A DNA stretch of 54,674 nucleotides from Methylotenera sp. Its GTDB lineage: Bacteria > Pseudomonadota > Gammaproteobacteria > Burkholderiales > Methylophilaceae. The stretch covers positions 1-54,674 of the forward strand of contig JANYCB010000083.1 in assembly GCA_025360485.1 (NCBI GenBank), given 5' to 3'. Position 1 is the stretch's first letter. Each line of letters begins with the position of its first letter. Of this stretch, positions 9,122 through 19,632 are shown piece after piece. The notes beneath the pieces are model-generated. The model was not told the DNA's origin. It saw nothing but the letters and a program-made list of their open reading frames with translations, and made no database searches. The position numbers were made by a program, and so were the translations under genes.

Positions 9122-10132
9122 ATGAAAAAAACACTATTATCAATTGTACTAGTAGCCGCAGTGCTTAATTTTGCGGCGGTTACACTAGCCTCGGCAAAAG
9201 AGGTTACTTTGCTGAATGTTTCGTATGACCCCACGCGTGAACTGTATGTGGATTACAACGCGGCATTCAGCAAATATTGGCAAACCAAAACGGGCGATAC
9301 TGTTAAAGTGAATCAGTCGCACGGTGGTTCAGGTAAACAAGCACGAGCTGTGATTGATGGTTTGCAGGCTGATGTTGCAACCTTAGCACTGGCTTATGAT
9401 GTAGACCAGCTCTATGAAAAAGGCAAACTGATTCCAAAGGACTGGCAAAAGCGATTGGGGCATAATAGCTCACCCTATACCTCAACCATTGTATTTCTAG
9501 TGCGCAAAGGCAATCCAAAAAACATCAAGGATTGGAACGATATCATCAAACCTGGTGTTTCAGTGATTACGCCTAACCCTAAAACATCGGGTGGAGCACG
9601 CTGGAATTACTTGGCAGCTTGGGCGTATGCGTTGAAACAAAATAACAACGATGAAGCAAAAGCTAAAGAGTTTGTTGGCAAGTTATATAAAAATGTACCC
9701 GTGCTGGATAGTGGCGCGCGTGGATCTACTACTACTTTCGTTGAACGTGGCATTGGTGATGTATTGCTTGCTTGGGAAAATGAGGCCTTTTTAGCACAAA
9801 AAGAACTAGGTGCTGGCAAAGTAGAAATTATTGTGCCATCACTTTCAATTTTGGCTGAACCACCAGTAACTGTGGTAGATAAATTTGCTAAAAAACATGG
9901 CAATGAAGTTGTAGCCAAAGCTTACTTGGAGTACTTGTACTCTGATGAGGGACAGGACATTATTGGAAAAAACTACTATCGTCCGACCTCAGAAGCTGCT
10001 TCGAAAAAATACGAATCACAATTTCCTAAGCTTAATTTAGTTAAAATTGATGAGGTATTTGGCGGTTGGACTAAAGCGCAGAATACACATTTTGCTGACG
10101 GCGGGACATTTGACCAGATTTATCAAAAATAA
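9122..10132 (+). CDS. sbp: Sulfate ABC transporter periplasmic binding protein
   Basis: [22 protein letters not shown] and [11 protein letters not shown] motifs. Confidence 0.95.
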   Translation: MKKTLLSIVLVAAVLNFAAVTLASAKEVTLLNVSYDPTRELYVDYNAAFSKYWQTKTGDTVKVNQSHGGSGKQARAVIDGLQADVATLALAYDVDQLYEKGKLIPKDWQKRLGHNSSPYTSTIVFLVRKGNPKNIKDWNDIIKPGVSVITPNPKTSGGARWNYLAAWAYALKQNNNDEAKAKEFVGKLYKNVPVLDSGARGSTTTFVERGIGDVLLAWENEAFLAQKELGAGKVEIIVPSLSILAEPPVTVVDKFAKKHGNEVVAKAYLEYLYSDEGQDIIGKNYYRPTSEAASKKYESQFPKLNLVKIDEVFGGWTKAQNTHFADGGTFDQIYQK

Positions 10133-10225
10133 GTCATTGATGAGGTCGATATGAGAGTAGTCCAATATGTAACAAATACCCAATTGTTAGGCTTAACACC
10201 TAATAACAGCAAAGGAGAAACAGTG

Positions 10226-10441
10226 ATGGCTTTATTAGCAATAAATGTACGTAATCAATTACGCGGAAGAGTGAAAGATATTTTATGGGGAGATGTGGTT
10301 TCTGAAGTTGAAGTTGAAACATCATCAGGGATTATTACCTCTGTAATCACAACACGTTCTATCAAAGAGCTGGCATTAGAAAAAGGCTCTGAGGTGTTAG
10401 CGTTGGTGAAAGCGACAGATGTCGCGATAGCCAAAATTTAA
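10226..10441 (+). CDS. TOBE/Mop domain protein (SsuF-like)
   Basis: AINVRNQLRG...TSVITTRS..EL.L..G...ALVKATDV; AAAGGAG RBS before ATG 10226. Confidence 0.85.
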   Translation: MALLAINVRNQLRGRVKDILWGDVVSEVEVETSSGIITSVITTRSIKELALEKGSEVLALVKATDVAIAKI

Positions 10442-10459
10442 CAATAGTGACATAGCTAC

Positions 10460-10497
10460 CAGCCAGTTGAATGAATTATATTCAACTGGCTGTTTTT
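10460..10497 (+). terminator. Rho-independent terminator-like hairpin inside the sulfate operon
   Basis: CAGCCAGTTGAAT/ATTCAACTGGCTG 13-bp perfect stem followed by TTTTT. Confidence 0.7.
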
Positions 10498-10510
10498 GTG
10501 AAAATAAACA

Positions 10511-11347
10511 ATGAAAAACAGACCCAATAAAAATACCCTTCCCGGCTTTAATTTATCCCTAGGATACGCAATACTCTATTTAAGTCTGATAGTTATAATT
10601 CCGCTATCAGCTACTTTTTTAAAAGCTTTTACGTTAAATTGGGCAGACTTTTGGCAGGCAGTCGCCTCGCCACGGGTAGTGGCCTCTTACAAATTAACTT
10701 TTGGCGCCTCCTTCATTGGTGCATTAATTAATGTGGTGTTTGGCCTACTTACGGCCTGGGTACTCACTCGTTATCATTTCTTTGGCAAAAAATTTGTAGA
10801 TGCATTTGTAGACTTTCCATTTGCCTTACCTACTGCAGTCGCAGGCATTGCGCTTTCGGCCATTTATTCTACACATGGCTGGATTGGTAGCCGGCTTGAG
10901 CCTCTAGGAATTCATGTTGCCTATACGCCACTTGGCGTGGTGGTAGCGCTCACCTTTATTGGCTTGCCATTTGTAGTGCGCACGGTGCAGCCTGTGCTGG
11001 AAGATTTAAGTGCAGAGGTGGAAGAGGCTGCAGCAAGTTTAGGTGCAAATCGGTGGCAAGTTTTTTATAAGATTATCTTACCAGCCATTTGGCCAGCGTT
11101 GATTACTGGCTTTGCATTAGCATTTGCCAGAGCCATTGGTGAATATGGTTCAGTGATTTTTATTGCAGGTAATATGCCAATGGTATCTGAAATCACGCCA
11201 CTCATCATTATCACCAAACTGGAGCAATACGATTACGCTGGGGCAACCGCTGTAGCTGCTGTCATGCTGGTGATCTCTTTTATATTATTGTTCGCGATTA
11301 ATGGTTTTCAGTGGTGGTCAAATCGACGTCTTGGTAATAACAGGTAA
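10511..11347 (+). CDS. cysT: Sulfate ABC permease CysT (CysU)
   Basis: PFALPTAVAG, EEAAASLGA and EYGSVIFIAGN motifs. Confidence 0.95.
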   Translation: MKNRPNKNTLPGFNLSLGYAILYLSLIVIIPLSATFLKAFTLNWADFWQAVASPRVVASYKLTFGASFIGALINVVFGLLTAWVLTRYHFFGKKFVDAFVDFPFALPTAVAGIALSAIYSTHGWIGSRLEPLGIHVAYTPLGVVVALTFIGLPFVVRTVQPVLEDLSAEVEEAAASLGANRWQVFYKIILPAIWPALITGFALAFARAIGEYGSVIFIAGNMPMVSEITPLIIITKLEQYDYAGATAVAAVMLVISFILLFAINGFQWWSNRRLGNNR

Positions 11348-11360
11348 AAAGGAAGTTTAG

Positions 11361-12275
11361 ATGTCAGCGACTAATACACAATCTGTTTCTCAATATACTA
11401 AATATACTAATAGGACAGCAACGAGCCGCGCCACATCCGAAGCCGCTTGGGTACGTTATAGCCTAATCGGTACGATGTTAGTGTTTTTAAGCTTGTTTCT
11501 ATTCATCCCGCTGGCTTCTGTGTTTGCTGAAGCTTTTAGAAAAGGTGCGCAAACTTACTTTGCAGCAATTGTTGAGCCAGATGCACTCTCTGCCATCAAG
11601 TTGACCTTAATTGCAGCAGGTATTGCAGTGCCATTGAATCTTGTTTTTGGGGTGGCTGCCGCATGGGCAATTGCCAAATTTGAGTTTAAAGGTAAGAGTT
11701 TTTTAATCACATTAATTGATTTACCGTTTGCGGTTTCACCAGTGATTGCTGGTTTGATTTATGTGCTGATGTTTGGCCTCCAAGGCTGGTTTGGCGGGTG
11801 GCTATCTGACAATGACATAAAGATTATTTTTGCACTACCTGGGATTGTATTAGCCACAACATTTGTCACCTTTCCTTTTGTGGCACGTGAACTGATTCCG
11901 TTGATGCAAGCGCAAGGTAAAGAGGAAGAAGAGGCCGCGCTGGTGTTGGGCGCGTCAGGCTGGCAGATGTTCTGGCGAGTAACTTTGCCCAATATTAAAT
12001 GGGGGCTGTTGTATGGCATGATTCTATGTAATGCGCGCGCAATGGGCGAATTTGGCGCGGTTTCAGTGGTTTCTGGGCACATACGTGGCCTTACCAACAC
12101 CTTGCCATTGCATGTGGAAATTTTATACAACGAATACAACTATGCTGCTGCATTCGCGGTAGCTTCATTATTGGCATTGCTTGCATTGCTGACTTTAGTG
12201 CTTAAAAGCTATGTAGAGTGGCAAGCGACTAGAAATGCGGCAGACATTGAAAAAGAGATTAAGGATGAAGTATGA
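11361..12275 (+). CDS. cysW: Sulfate ABC permease CysW
   Basis: [12 protein letters not shown] and [16 protein letters not shown] motifs. Confidence 0.95.
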   Translation: MSATNTQSVSQYTKYTNRTATSRATSEAAWVRYSLIGTMLVFLSLFLFIPLASVFAEAFRKGAQTYFAAIVEPDALSAIKLTLIAAGIAVPLNLVFGVAAAWAIAKFEFKGKSFLITLIDLPFAVSPVIAGLIYVLMFGLQGWFGGWLSDNDIKIIFALPGIVLATTFVTFPFVARELIPLMQAQGKEEEEAALVLGASGWQMFWRVTLPNIKWGLLYGMILCNARAMGEFGAVSVVSGHIRGLTNTLPLHVEILYNEYNYAAAFAVASLLALLALLTLVLKSYVEWQATRNAADIEKEIKDEV

Positions 12276-13333
12276 GCATCGAAATAAAAAATATTAAACG
12301 CAATTTTGGTAGTTTTAGTGCGCTCAATAATGTATCACTGAATGTGCCTACAGGTGAGTTGGTGGCTTTATTGGGACCATCTGGCTGTGGCAAAACTACC
12401 TTATTGCGAATCATTGCAGGGCTTGAAACGCCTGATAGTGGCAGTATTCATTTTCATGGGGAAGATGCTACAGATAGAGCCGTACGTGAGAGGGAAGTGG
12501 GATTTGTATTTCAGCACTATGCGTTATTCCGCCACATGACGGTATTCGAGAATGTCGCTTTTGGTTTGCGGGTGCGCCCAAAGCTTACACGTCCAAATGA
12601 AGCTGAAATTAGGCGCCGTGTGCATGAGCTGTTAAATTTGGTACAGCTTGATTGGTTGGCAGACCGTTACCCCCCACAACTTTCAGGTGGGCAGCGCCAG
12701 CGCATTGCCTTGGCAAGAGCACTTGCAGTTGAGCCTAAAGTGTTATTGCTTGATGAGCCATTTGGTGCACTGGATGCCAAGGTGCGTAAAGATTTGCGTC
12801 GCTGGTTGCGCCGATTGCATGACGAACTGCATATCACCAGTGTATTTGTGACGCATGATCAAGAGGAAGCGTTAGAAGTTGCTGATCGCATCGTCGTCAT
12901 GAATCACGGCATTGTCGAACAAATCGGCAGCCCACAAGAGGTGTACGATCATCCGGCAACGCCATTCGTTTATCAGTTTTTGGGCAATGTAAATTTGTTT
13001 CATAGTCGCGTTCATGCAGGTGTTGCCAAGATTGGTGATGTAGAGCTGGCTTTAGATGAACATCACCAGACGCAAGACAGTGCTGCAGTTGCGTATGTGA
13101 GGCCACATGATATAGAGATATTTCTTGAACCAGACGGGGAGTCTAGTTTTAAAGCAAAAATTAACTATGTGCATGCTTTAGGCTCTATAGTACGTCTGGA
13201 ATTAGAACGTTATGATACGAACACATATGTCGAAGCGGAGGTGACACGTGAGCGCTTTGATACTTTAAAACTTAATGAAGGCGAAACTGTTTATTTAAAA
13301 CCTCGTAATTTACGCGTATTTTTGCAGGATTAA
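12272..13333 (+). CDS. cysA: Sulfate ABC ATPase CysA
   Basis: Walker [21 protein letters not shown] and a C-terminal TOBE domain. Confidence 0.95.
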   Translation: MSIEIKNIKRNFGSFSALNNVSLNVPTGELVALLGPSGCGKTTLLRIIAGLETPDSGSIHFHGEDATDRAVREREVGFVFQHYALFRHMTVFENVAFGLRVRPKLTRPNEAEIRRRVHELLNLVQLDWLADRYPPQLSGGQRQRIALARALAVEPKVLLLDEPFGALDAKVRKDLRRWLRRLHDELHITSVFVTHDQEEALEVADRIVVMNHGIVEQIGSPQEVYDHPATPFVYQFLGNVNLFHSRVHAGVAKIGDVELALDEHHQTQDSAAVAYVRPHDIEIFLEPDGESSFKAKINYVHALGSIVRLELERYDTNTYVEAEVTRERFDTLKLNEGETVYLKPRNLRVFLQD

Positions 13334-13409
13334 TGCGACGGTTACTTATGATTGAAAGACCTACCTAACATCCGTCTGCTATTGGGGAATACAAACACAA
13401 AATCCAAAA

Positions 13410-14270
13410 TCAATCGCTCTTTTTGTTCAGCATGTTAATGATATTTCTCGCTTCTAGCGCCACCTCTGAGGCAGTAAGCCCCACTGGCCCTACGCCCTTT
13501 TTGACCAACGCATCTGCAGCAGCTCCATGCACATAGACCCCGGTTTTGGCGGCTTCCAGCGCAGTTAATCCCTGCGCCATTAAACTGCCAATCATGCCAC
13601 TTAGCACGTCGCCAGTACCACCGCTAGCAAGCCCAACATTGCCACTGGTATTAATAAACCAACTGCCATCATGCTGCGCACAAATAGTACCCGCGCCTTT
13701 TAATACGCAAGTAACTTGCAATGTTCTGGCTAATGCGAGCGCACTTTCAGTACGGTTTTTCTGGATATGTTCACTGCTAGTTGCAAGCAATTTGGCAGCT
13801 TCCCCTGGATGTGGCGTGATAACTGTTTCGGCATTTCGACTAATAACAATTGAGGCCAAATGGAGATGGCTCGCGATTAAATTGAGTGCATCGGCATCTA
13901 ACAACAAAGGTACATTTTGCACTAACCAAAATTCTAACAACTCAATTGCTGCACTAGATTGACCTAACCCAGGACCAATGACAACACAATTAAGTTGAGG
14001 CAATTGAGCGATTTCCGCTGGGGTACGTAGCATGATTTCTGGCTGGGAAATATCCACACTCGGCGCACCGATACACAACATTGCCGCGTAAACGCGCCCT
14101 ACACCACAATGTAAAGCTGTTCGAGCTGCCAGCAGCACTGCGCCTACCATGCCAGCATCACCGCCTATAATCGCCACGCTGCCAAAAGAACCTTTGTGCG
14201 CATCACTGTTACGTGGCGGCAAAACAGACTGAATCATACTTTCCGTTAATAGATGTTGTATGTTCTGCAT
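13410..14270 (-). CDS. nnrD: ADP-dependent NAD(P)H-hydrate dehydratase (stand-alone YjeF C-terminal domain)
   Basis: HKGSFG, IGPGLG, DADAL, TPHPGEA and GGTGDVLSG motifs. ATG 14270 follows the upstream stop codon. Confidence 0.9.
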   Translation of the reverse strand: MQNIQHLLTESMIQSVLPPRNSDAHKGSFGSVAIIGGDAGMVGAVLLAARTALHCGVGRVYAAMLCIGAPSVDISQPEIMLRTPAEIAQLPQLNCVVIGPGLGQSSAAIELLEFWLVQNVPLLLDADALNLIASHLHLASIVISRNAETVITPHPGEAAKLLATSSEHIQKNRTESALALARTLQVTCVLKGAGTICAQHDGSWFINTSGNVGLASGGTGDVLSGMIGSLMAQGLTALEAAKTGVYVHGAAADALVKKGVGPVGLTASEVALEARNIINMLNKKSD

Positions 14271-14271
14271 T

Positions 14272-15360
14272 TTAGGTCGGCATCTCGTCCGCATTTCGAT
14301 TAAACCAAATTTCTAATAATGCTATTGTAATAGTAAGCGTTACTGGGCCCAAAATAATACCAGCTGCGCCAAACAAAATAAGACCACCAAGCACTGATAA
14401 AAAAGCGAGAATTGTGTGCATATTAAGTCGGTTACCAACAAAAATTGGCCTAAGCAAGTTATCAATAGTGCTAATAATCAGCAGACCCCAAACGGTAAGC
14501 ATCAGCGCATCAGTCCAATTGCCCTCTAAAACCAAAAATAGCGCTGCAGGCGCCCATATAATGGATGAACCCAGCATGGGTATAATCGCCAACAAACTCA
14601 TCACCAGACCCCAAAGTAATGGCGCAGGCAACCCCAACCACCAAAAGATTAATCCACCCAAAAAACCTTGCACAGCGGCGATGGCAAACGTGCCATAAAC
14701 AGTGGCGTGAATAGTATCGCCTACCCGAACAAACAATCTCTCCATTTCCGCCTGCGATAGTGGCGACAAATGCATCATCGACTTAAGCGCCAATTGACGG
14801 TCACGTAGAAAAAAGAAAAGCACATATAAAACCAAACACAATCCTAGTACCTGAAATACAGAACCCTTGACAATAGCGCCAGCGGTTGTGCCAAGCCATG
14901 TAGTAAAGGTTTTAAGCGTACCTGATAAATCAATATAATGTTCAACCTTGTCCAGTATTGGCGCTAATTGCGGTTGCGCTTCTAGTGTATGTCGCCATTC
15001 TCCTGAAGCAACTTTGGCTTCGATTAATTGTGACCCTTTTAATACCTGCAATATCAATTGTTCTCCCACAAATATCGCCGGAACAATCACGATTAAACCA
15101 ATCAACAAAATAGAAACGATGGCCGCCAAACCAGAATGTTTTAACTTTGATTCTAACCAATGCTGCATAGGAATGAACAAAACGGCTAACGTTAGCGCCC
15201 AAGCCAGCACCGATAGAAACGGTACCACCATTCGATAACACAAGTAAATACCGAGAACTGTCGCCATCATAAGCACAAGTGTCTGCACGTGATTTCGTGA
15301 ACCCCAATCTTGCTCGATTAAGCTCTCTATTTTATTCGGTTCTTTTTCACTCATTTTCAA
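14272..15360 (-). CDS. AI-2E family transporter
   Basis: Multi-TM protein; FFFLRD, DNLLRP and GIILGP motifs. Confidence 0.9.
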   Translation of the reverse strand: MKMSEKEPNKIESLIEQDWGSRNHVQTLVLMMATVLGIYLCYRMVVPFLSVLAWALTLAVLFIPMQHWLESKLKHSGLAAIVSILLIGLIVIVPAIFVGEQLILQVLKGSQLIEAKVASGEWRHTLEAQPQLAPILDKVEHYIDLSGTLKTFTTWLGTTAGAIVKGSVFQVLGLCLVLYVLFFFLRDRQLALKSMMHLSPLSQAEMERLFVRVGDTIHATVYGTFAIAAVQGFLGGLIFWWLGLPAPLLWGLVMSLLAIIPMLGSSIIWAPAALFLVLEGNWTDALMLTVWGLLIISTIDNLLRPIFVGNRLNMHTILAFLSVLGGLILFGAAGIILGPVTLTITIALLEIWFNRNADEMPT

Positions 15361-15401
15361 CTGCCAAAGTAAACCTTCCTTATTAAATCACACCAAGACA
15401 A

Positions 15402-16559
15402 TCACTCGTTTGTATTCCCTATTATTCCTAAAAAAACTCTAACCACTCCATACGCCATCCATGAAAAAAAATGTTTCAGCATACTGCTATGCTCCCACTC
15501 TTCTGAAGTTACACGATATGCGCTCCTAATAGAAGCCTCAATTTCACTTTTTAATTCAGTAGCAAATTGATTATCTAGCACCACTATATTGGCCTCGTTT
15601 GCTAATAATAGACTAAATGGGTCAATATTGGATGAGCCAACCGTTGCCCAATGGTTATCGACTACGGCAACTTTGCTGTGCATAAAGCTTTTACGGTATT
15701 CGTATATCTCAATACCCGCGCTCAAAAACTCACTATAAAAAGCATGCGTAGCAAACATTAACATATACTCTTTACGACCCTGTAGTAACAATTTAACGTT
15801 TACTCCACGCAAAGCTGCCGCCAATAAAACTTGTCGAAATCTTCTACCAGGCACAAAGTAGGCATTGGCAATAATGATTTCTGATTTAGCATGCGTAATT
15901 GCTGCCATATAAGCTTTTTCAATATCGCGTCTATGCAATACATTATCACGCAATACAAATGCAGCTTTTAAACCAGCCTTGATCGTTTGTTGAGGCGATT
16001 GCAAAGCATTACTAACAGCACTTACATCCACTGATCGCATTTTTGACCACGCCATGCGGCGCCATAGCATATGTACACTCGCTACGATAGGAACTAATAT
16101 AGGACCTTCTAAACGCACAGCGTAATCAATACGTGGCGCAATATTATTAGGAACATCATTATCATCAATAATATTAATGCCGCCTACAAAACCAACAATG
16201 CCATCGACTATAACTATTTTGCGATGCAGACGCCTTAAACGCCTTCTTTTTAGTGTCCATGGTGAAATCTTGGATCGATAAAACATCATCTGTACACCAC
16301 CGTATCGTAACTCATCAATGTAGGCCTTGGGCAAATCTTTGCAGCCAAATCCATCCAACAATACATTGACCGTTACACCTCGTTGTGCCGCTAGTTTAAG
16401 TGCGTTGCCAATACGAATTCCTGTCGAATCCGCTTGATAAATATAGGTTTGCAAATAAATTTCATGCTGCGCATGGGTAATGATGTCTTCTAATGCGGGG
16501 AAATACTCAGCACCATTACGTAACAGTTTAATTTGGTTGCCAACTGTAAAATGCATCAT
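15402..16559 (-). CDS. clsB: Cardiolipin synthase B
   Basis: Two HKD motifs (LHRKIVIVD, MHSKVAVVD), no N-terminal TM helix, follows ybhP. Confidence 0.9.
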   Translation of the reverse strand: MMHFTVGNQIKLLRNGAEYFPALEDIITHAQHEIYLQTYIYQADSTGIRIGNALKLAAQRGVTVNVLLDGFGCKDLPKAYIDELRYGGVQMMFYRSKISPWTLKRRRLRRLHRKIVIVDGIVGFVGGINIIDDNDVPNNIAPRIDYAVRLEGPILVPIVASVHMLWRRMAWSKMRSVDVSAVSNALQSPQQTIKAGLKAAFVLRDNVLHRRDIEKAYMAAITHAKSEIIIANAYFVPGRRFRQVLLAAALRGVNVKLLLQGRKEYMLMFATHAFYSEFLSAGIEIYEYRKSFMHSKVAVVDNHWATVGSSNIDPFSLLLANEANIVVLDNQFATELKSEIEASIRSAYRVTSEEWEHSSMLKHFFSWMAYGVVRVFLGIIGNTNE

Positions 16560-17308
16560 ATTTTTGTTAGCGTTGCTGTGAGGATTGCGTGGTCAGACAG
16601 ATTTATAAAATGCGCACCCGAGTGCACTTCCACATGCTTCACATGAAAACCCCGCACATAAATACGATCCATCCTAAGCATAGGCAACCAAGCAGGAAAG
16701 CTCCGTGCTGGCTTACCAACATGGTGCTCAAAAACCTCCCGTACTTTTAAGCGCTCAGCAAATATGCGCCCTGCACGCATACTCCAATCATTAAAATCAC
16801 CTGCAATAATCAAAGGCGCGCCAATAGGCACTTGTTGCTCAATATATTCGGCAACGTCCACTAATTGTTGGCGTCGCCAAGGTGCAAATAAACCTAAGTG
16901 CACGCAAATAGCGTGCAAAGGCGCATTCCAATTGGGCATGTTGATTTCACAATGTAACATGCCGCGCTGCTCAGACACGTGTGCAGAAATATCTTGGTTG
17001 AAGGTTTTGATGATGGGAAACTTTGAAAGCAAAGCATTGCCATGATGACCAGCAGGGTAAATCGAATTTTTACCATAGGCGTAATCTAGCCAAACAGTAT
17101 CCGCTAGATACTCCACCTGCCCTGAGGTAGCCCATGCTTCATAACGCTTACTATGTTTACTATGCACATCTTGCACTTCCTGCAAAAAAATAACATCCGC
17201 GTGTAATTTTCTAAGCAGATCCCGCTGACTTTGCAAGGCAAAGCGGGCGTTAAAATGAGTAAACCCTTTATGAGAATTAAATGTGGCAATGCGCAGCGTG
17301 TTATGCAA
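16556..17308 (-). CDS. ybhP: Endonuclease/exonuclease/phosphatase family protein (YbhP-like)
   Basis: TFNSHKG, LQEV, AGDFNDW and LSDH motifs; overlaps the clsB start. Confidence 0.85.
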   Translation of the reverse strand: MHNTLRIATFNSHKGFTHFNARFALQSQRDLLRKLHADVIFLQEVQDVHSKHSKRYEAWATSGQVEYLADTVWLDYAYGKNSIYPAGHHGNALLSKFPIIKTFNQDISAHVSEQRGMLHCEINMPNWNAPLHAICVHLGLFAPWRRQQLVDVAEYIEQQVPIGAPLIIAGDFNDWSMRAGRIFAERLKVREVFEHHVGKPARSFPAWLPMLRMDRIYVRGFHVKHVEVHSGAHFINLSDHAILTATLTKI

Positions 17309-17460
17309 AATCAGTTCATCAAATAAAATTTATTATCTTGGAGAATATCATGACCATTAAATTTTAATTCATAGTTTACCCATTTAATTCATCAAAAATA
17401 CAACATTTAAAATGGCTTATGTTGCTTTTTATAAACATTCTTATGTTTTCTGTAGCCAAC

Positions 17461-17474
17461 TTGATACAAATCAA
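17461..17474. promoter_or_regulatory. FNR box (ompW)
   Basis: Perfect TTGAT-ACAA-ATCAA. TAATAT at 17497-17502 fits class II spacing. Confidence 0.9.
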
Positions 17475-17549
17475 ATCGTTTCAACCTCTATACACCTAAT
17501 ATTCAATCATCAAATTGAGTTTATTTATTTCTTAAGTGGAGAGTTTAAA

Positions 17550-18266
17550 ATGAAAAAGACGTTATTAGTATTGGCATTAGCAGCTGCTTTTGTTCCTGTT
17601 CTGGCACAAGCCGAAGCGGGTGATATTGTGGTACGTTTACGTGCAACTCACGTTGCCCCAGACGAAAGTAGTAATCTAGGTGGTCAAACTGATGCAACGT
17701 ATGGAGCGGGTACCGCTGCTGCACTATATGGTAGCGCTGGCGCTAAACTACAAGTAGGTAGCAATACCATTCCTGAAATTGATTTTTCTTACTATATTAC
17801 AAAAAACATTGCGGCTGAGTTGATTTTGGCTTTAGGTACACGTCACGATGTTAAAGTTTCAGGCGCTGGTGGACTAGTTGCTCATGACTTAGGTAGTGTT
17901 AATTTGTTACCGCCAACTTTGACTGCACAATGGCACTTTATGCCAGATACCATGTTTGACCCGTATTTAGGTGCTGGTGGTGCTTATGTGCTAGGTATGG
18001 ATCGTAGCTTAACAGCGAATGTAGGTGCGCTTGGCTTGCCAATTCGTACTGACAGACATGCCTTTGGTGCTGTGCTTCAGGCAGGACTTGACGTAAACCT
18101 ACAAGACAAGTGGTTACTAAACTTTGACGTGAAAAAACTTTGGTTTAATACTGATGTTAAATTGGATGCAACTGCTGCTGGTTTAGCACCCGCTGGCTAT
18201 CAAAAAATTGACAGTCTTGATGTTGACCCATGGGTTATCAGCATCGGCTTCGGTAAGAAATTTTAA
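17550..18266 (+). CDS. ompW: Outer membrane protein OmpW
   Basis: Signal MKKTLLVLALAAAF, LLPPTLTAQWHF and DPWV..GFGKKF; GGAG RBS before ATG 17550. Confidence 0.93.
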   Translation: MKKTLLVLALAAAFVPVLAQAEAGDIVVRLRATHVAPDESSNLGGQTDATYGAGTAAALYGSAGAKLQVGSNTIPEIDFSYYITKNIAAELILALGTRHDVKVSGAGGLVAHDLGSVNLLPPTLTAQWHFMPDTMFDPYLGAGGAYVLGMDRSLTANVGALGLPIRTDRHAFGAVLQAGLDVNLQDKWLLNFDVKKLWFNTDVKLDATAAGLAPAGYQKIDSLDVDPWVISIGFGKKF

Positions 18267-18311
18267 ACACTTAATTAGTTTAGTAGCAGGTCTAATCTAC
18301 CTAGACCTTTT

Positions 18312-18344
18312 GCCCCTGTCGCTCCCCCGACAGGGGCTTTTTTT
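18312..18344 (+). terminator. Rho-independent terminator after ompW
   Basis: GCCCCTGTCG/CGACAGGGGC stem followed by T7. Confidence 0.9.
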
Positions 18345-18372
18345 CATTTACAACTTTTATATCTGAGATTGC

Positions 18373-19629
18373 TCAGGTTAACCACCAACCTAACCAAGTT
18401 GCCGCTATTTGCATAATCAAGCCTAAGATCACTTGTAGTGAGAATTGCTTGCCCCCGCTGATGACAGCCATGACCGCTTTAGAAAGTGAGTTCACTGAAA
18501 AAGCGACCAAAATCGGTATTACAGTATTTTCTACACTAAGTTTTCCTACTGCCGCTAATGAGGCTACCGCAATGGTTGGTGCATGAACATCAACCAAACC
18601 AGCAAAACCAGAAGCAAAAACAAGCCCTGTCTGTCCAAACCAGGTTTTTAATGCCGCCGACACGATAAGCACTAATGCTATTACAGCAGCCAGCATTAGC
18701 GCGGTTTTCACACTAAATGTTTCGGTAAGTTTAGTTGTATCTGCCCCATTTTTATGGAAGGAGATTAAAGTCACTACTAAACCATAGATTGCAATCGATG
18801 TTCCACCAAAAATAAGTGGCCAGGCAAGTGCATGAAGTGTAGGCGGGTGAATTGCGGCGAGCAACAATGCGAGCTGTAAAATAGTTGCAAGGCTGGATAA
18901 CACTGCGCCTGCAACGGCTGAACCCATTAGGACTGGCGTTTCTTTTGCACGTTCACCCATTGCTGTAACAGTTGCAATACTGGAAATAAACCCAGATACC
19001 AACCCAACCAGTGGTAAACCTATGCGCCCACCTAGCCAGCGCAATACAAGGTGACCAAATGCACTAATCACCATTACCAAAATCACAATAAGCCAAAGAT
19101 TGTGCGGGTTAATAGCCTCGAATGGACCAATAGATTCATTGGGCACTAGCGGTAATATGATGAGTGTTGCAGCCGCAAGAATGAGAAAATCATTTAACTC
19201 ATCTTTAGTCACCATGCCCAGCACAAAGCCATGAATAGGTTCTTTGGCAGCAAGCAATATTGCCACGCTTACAGCAAGTGCAGCGGCTAAAGCAGGCGCA
19301 CTCATCGCTAAACCGCCCAAAATCACACTAAAAATTAAAGTGATTTCGGTAGTAAGTCCCGGATCTTTACTCTTTCTATTGTAGTAAGAAATTGCTGCAA
19401 AAATCATTACACAGAATATCGAAACGACTAGCAGCCAGAAATTGAATACCGTGCTCACAGCACCAAGTAGCGAGGCAATTGTAAATGTGCGAATGCCTGC
19501 AGATGACCTATCTGGCCCAGAACCTTTGCTACGCTCGCGCTCGGCACCAATAAGCAGCCCTATACCCAAAGCAACCGCTAGGTTAAGCCAAGGAACGTTA
19601 TTCATACTTATTGGATATGCTTGCAACAC
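18373..19629 (-). CDS. MgtC/SapB family, DUF4010 domain membrane protein
   Basis: GLLIGAERE, AGIRTF, GLTTE and GFISSIA motifs. True start may be ATG 19605. Confidence 0.85.
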   Translation of the reverse strand: MLQAYPISMNNVPWLNLAVALGIGLLIGAERERSKGSGPDRSSAGIRTFTIASLLGAVSTVFNFWLLVVSIFCVMIFAAISYYNRKSKDPGLTTEITLIFSVILGGLAMSAPALAAALAVSVAILLAAKEPIHGFVLGMVTKDELNDFLILAAATLIILPLVPNESIGPFEAINPHNLWLIVILVMVISAFGHLVLRWLGGRIGLPLVGLVSGFISSIATVTAMGERAKETPVLMGSAVAGAVLSSLATILQLALLLAAIHPPTLHALAWPLIFGGTSIAIYGLVVTLISFHKNGADTTKLTETFSVKTALMLAAVIALVLIVSAALKTWFGQTGLVFASGFAGLVDVHAPTIAVASLAAVGKLSVENTVIPILVAFSVNSLSKAVMAVISGGKQFSLQVILGLIMQIAATWLGWWLT

Positions 19630-19632
19630 ATC

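Noticed and set aside
11392-11411. Short tandem repeat AATATACTA in the 5' end of cysW
   Set aside because: Two copies, in frame (YTKYTN), in a variable N-terminus; no evidence of phase variation.
17412-17549. N-terminal extensions in the ORF track for ompW (also the porin to 45764, TOBE from 10151, cysE from 34647)
   Set aside because: They run through promoter or operator sequences; downstream ATGs have RBS and/or family-typical N-termini.
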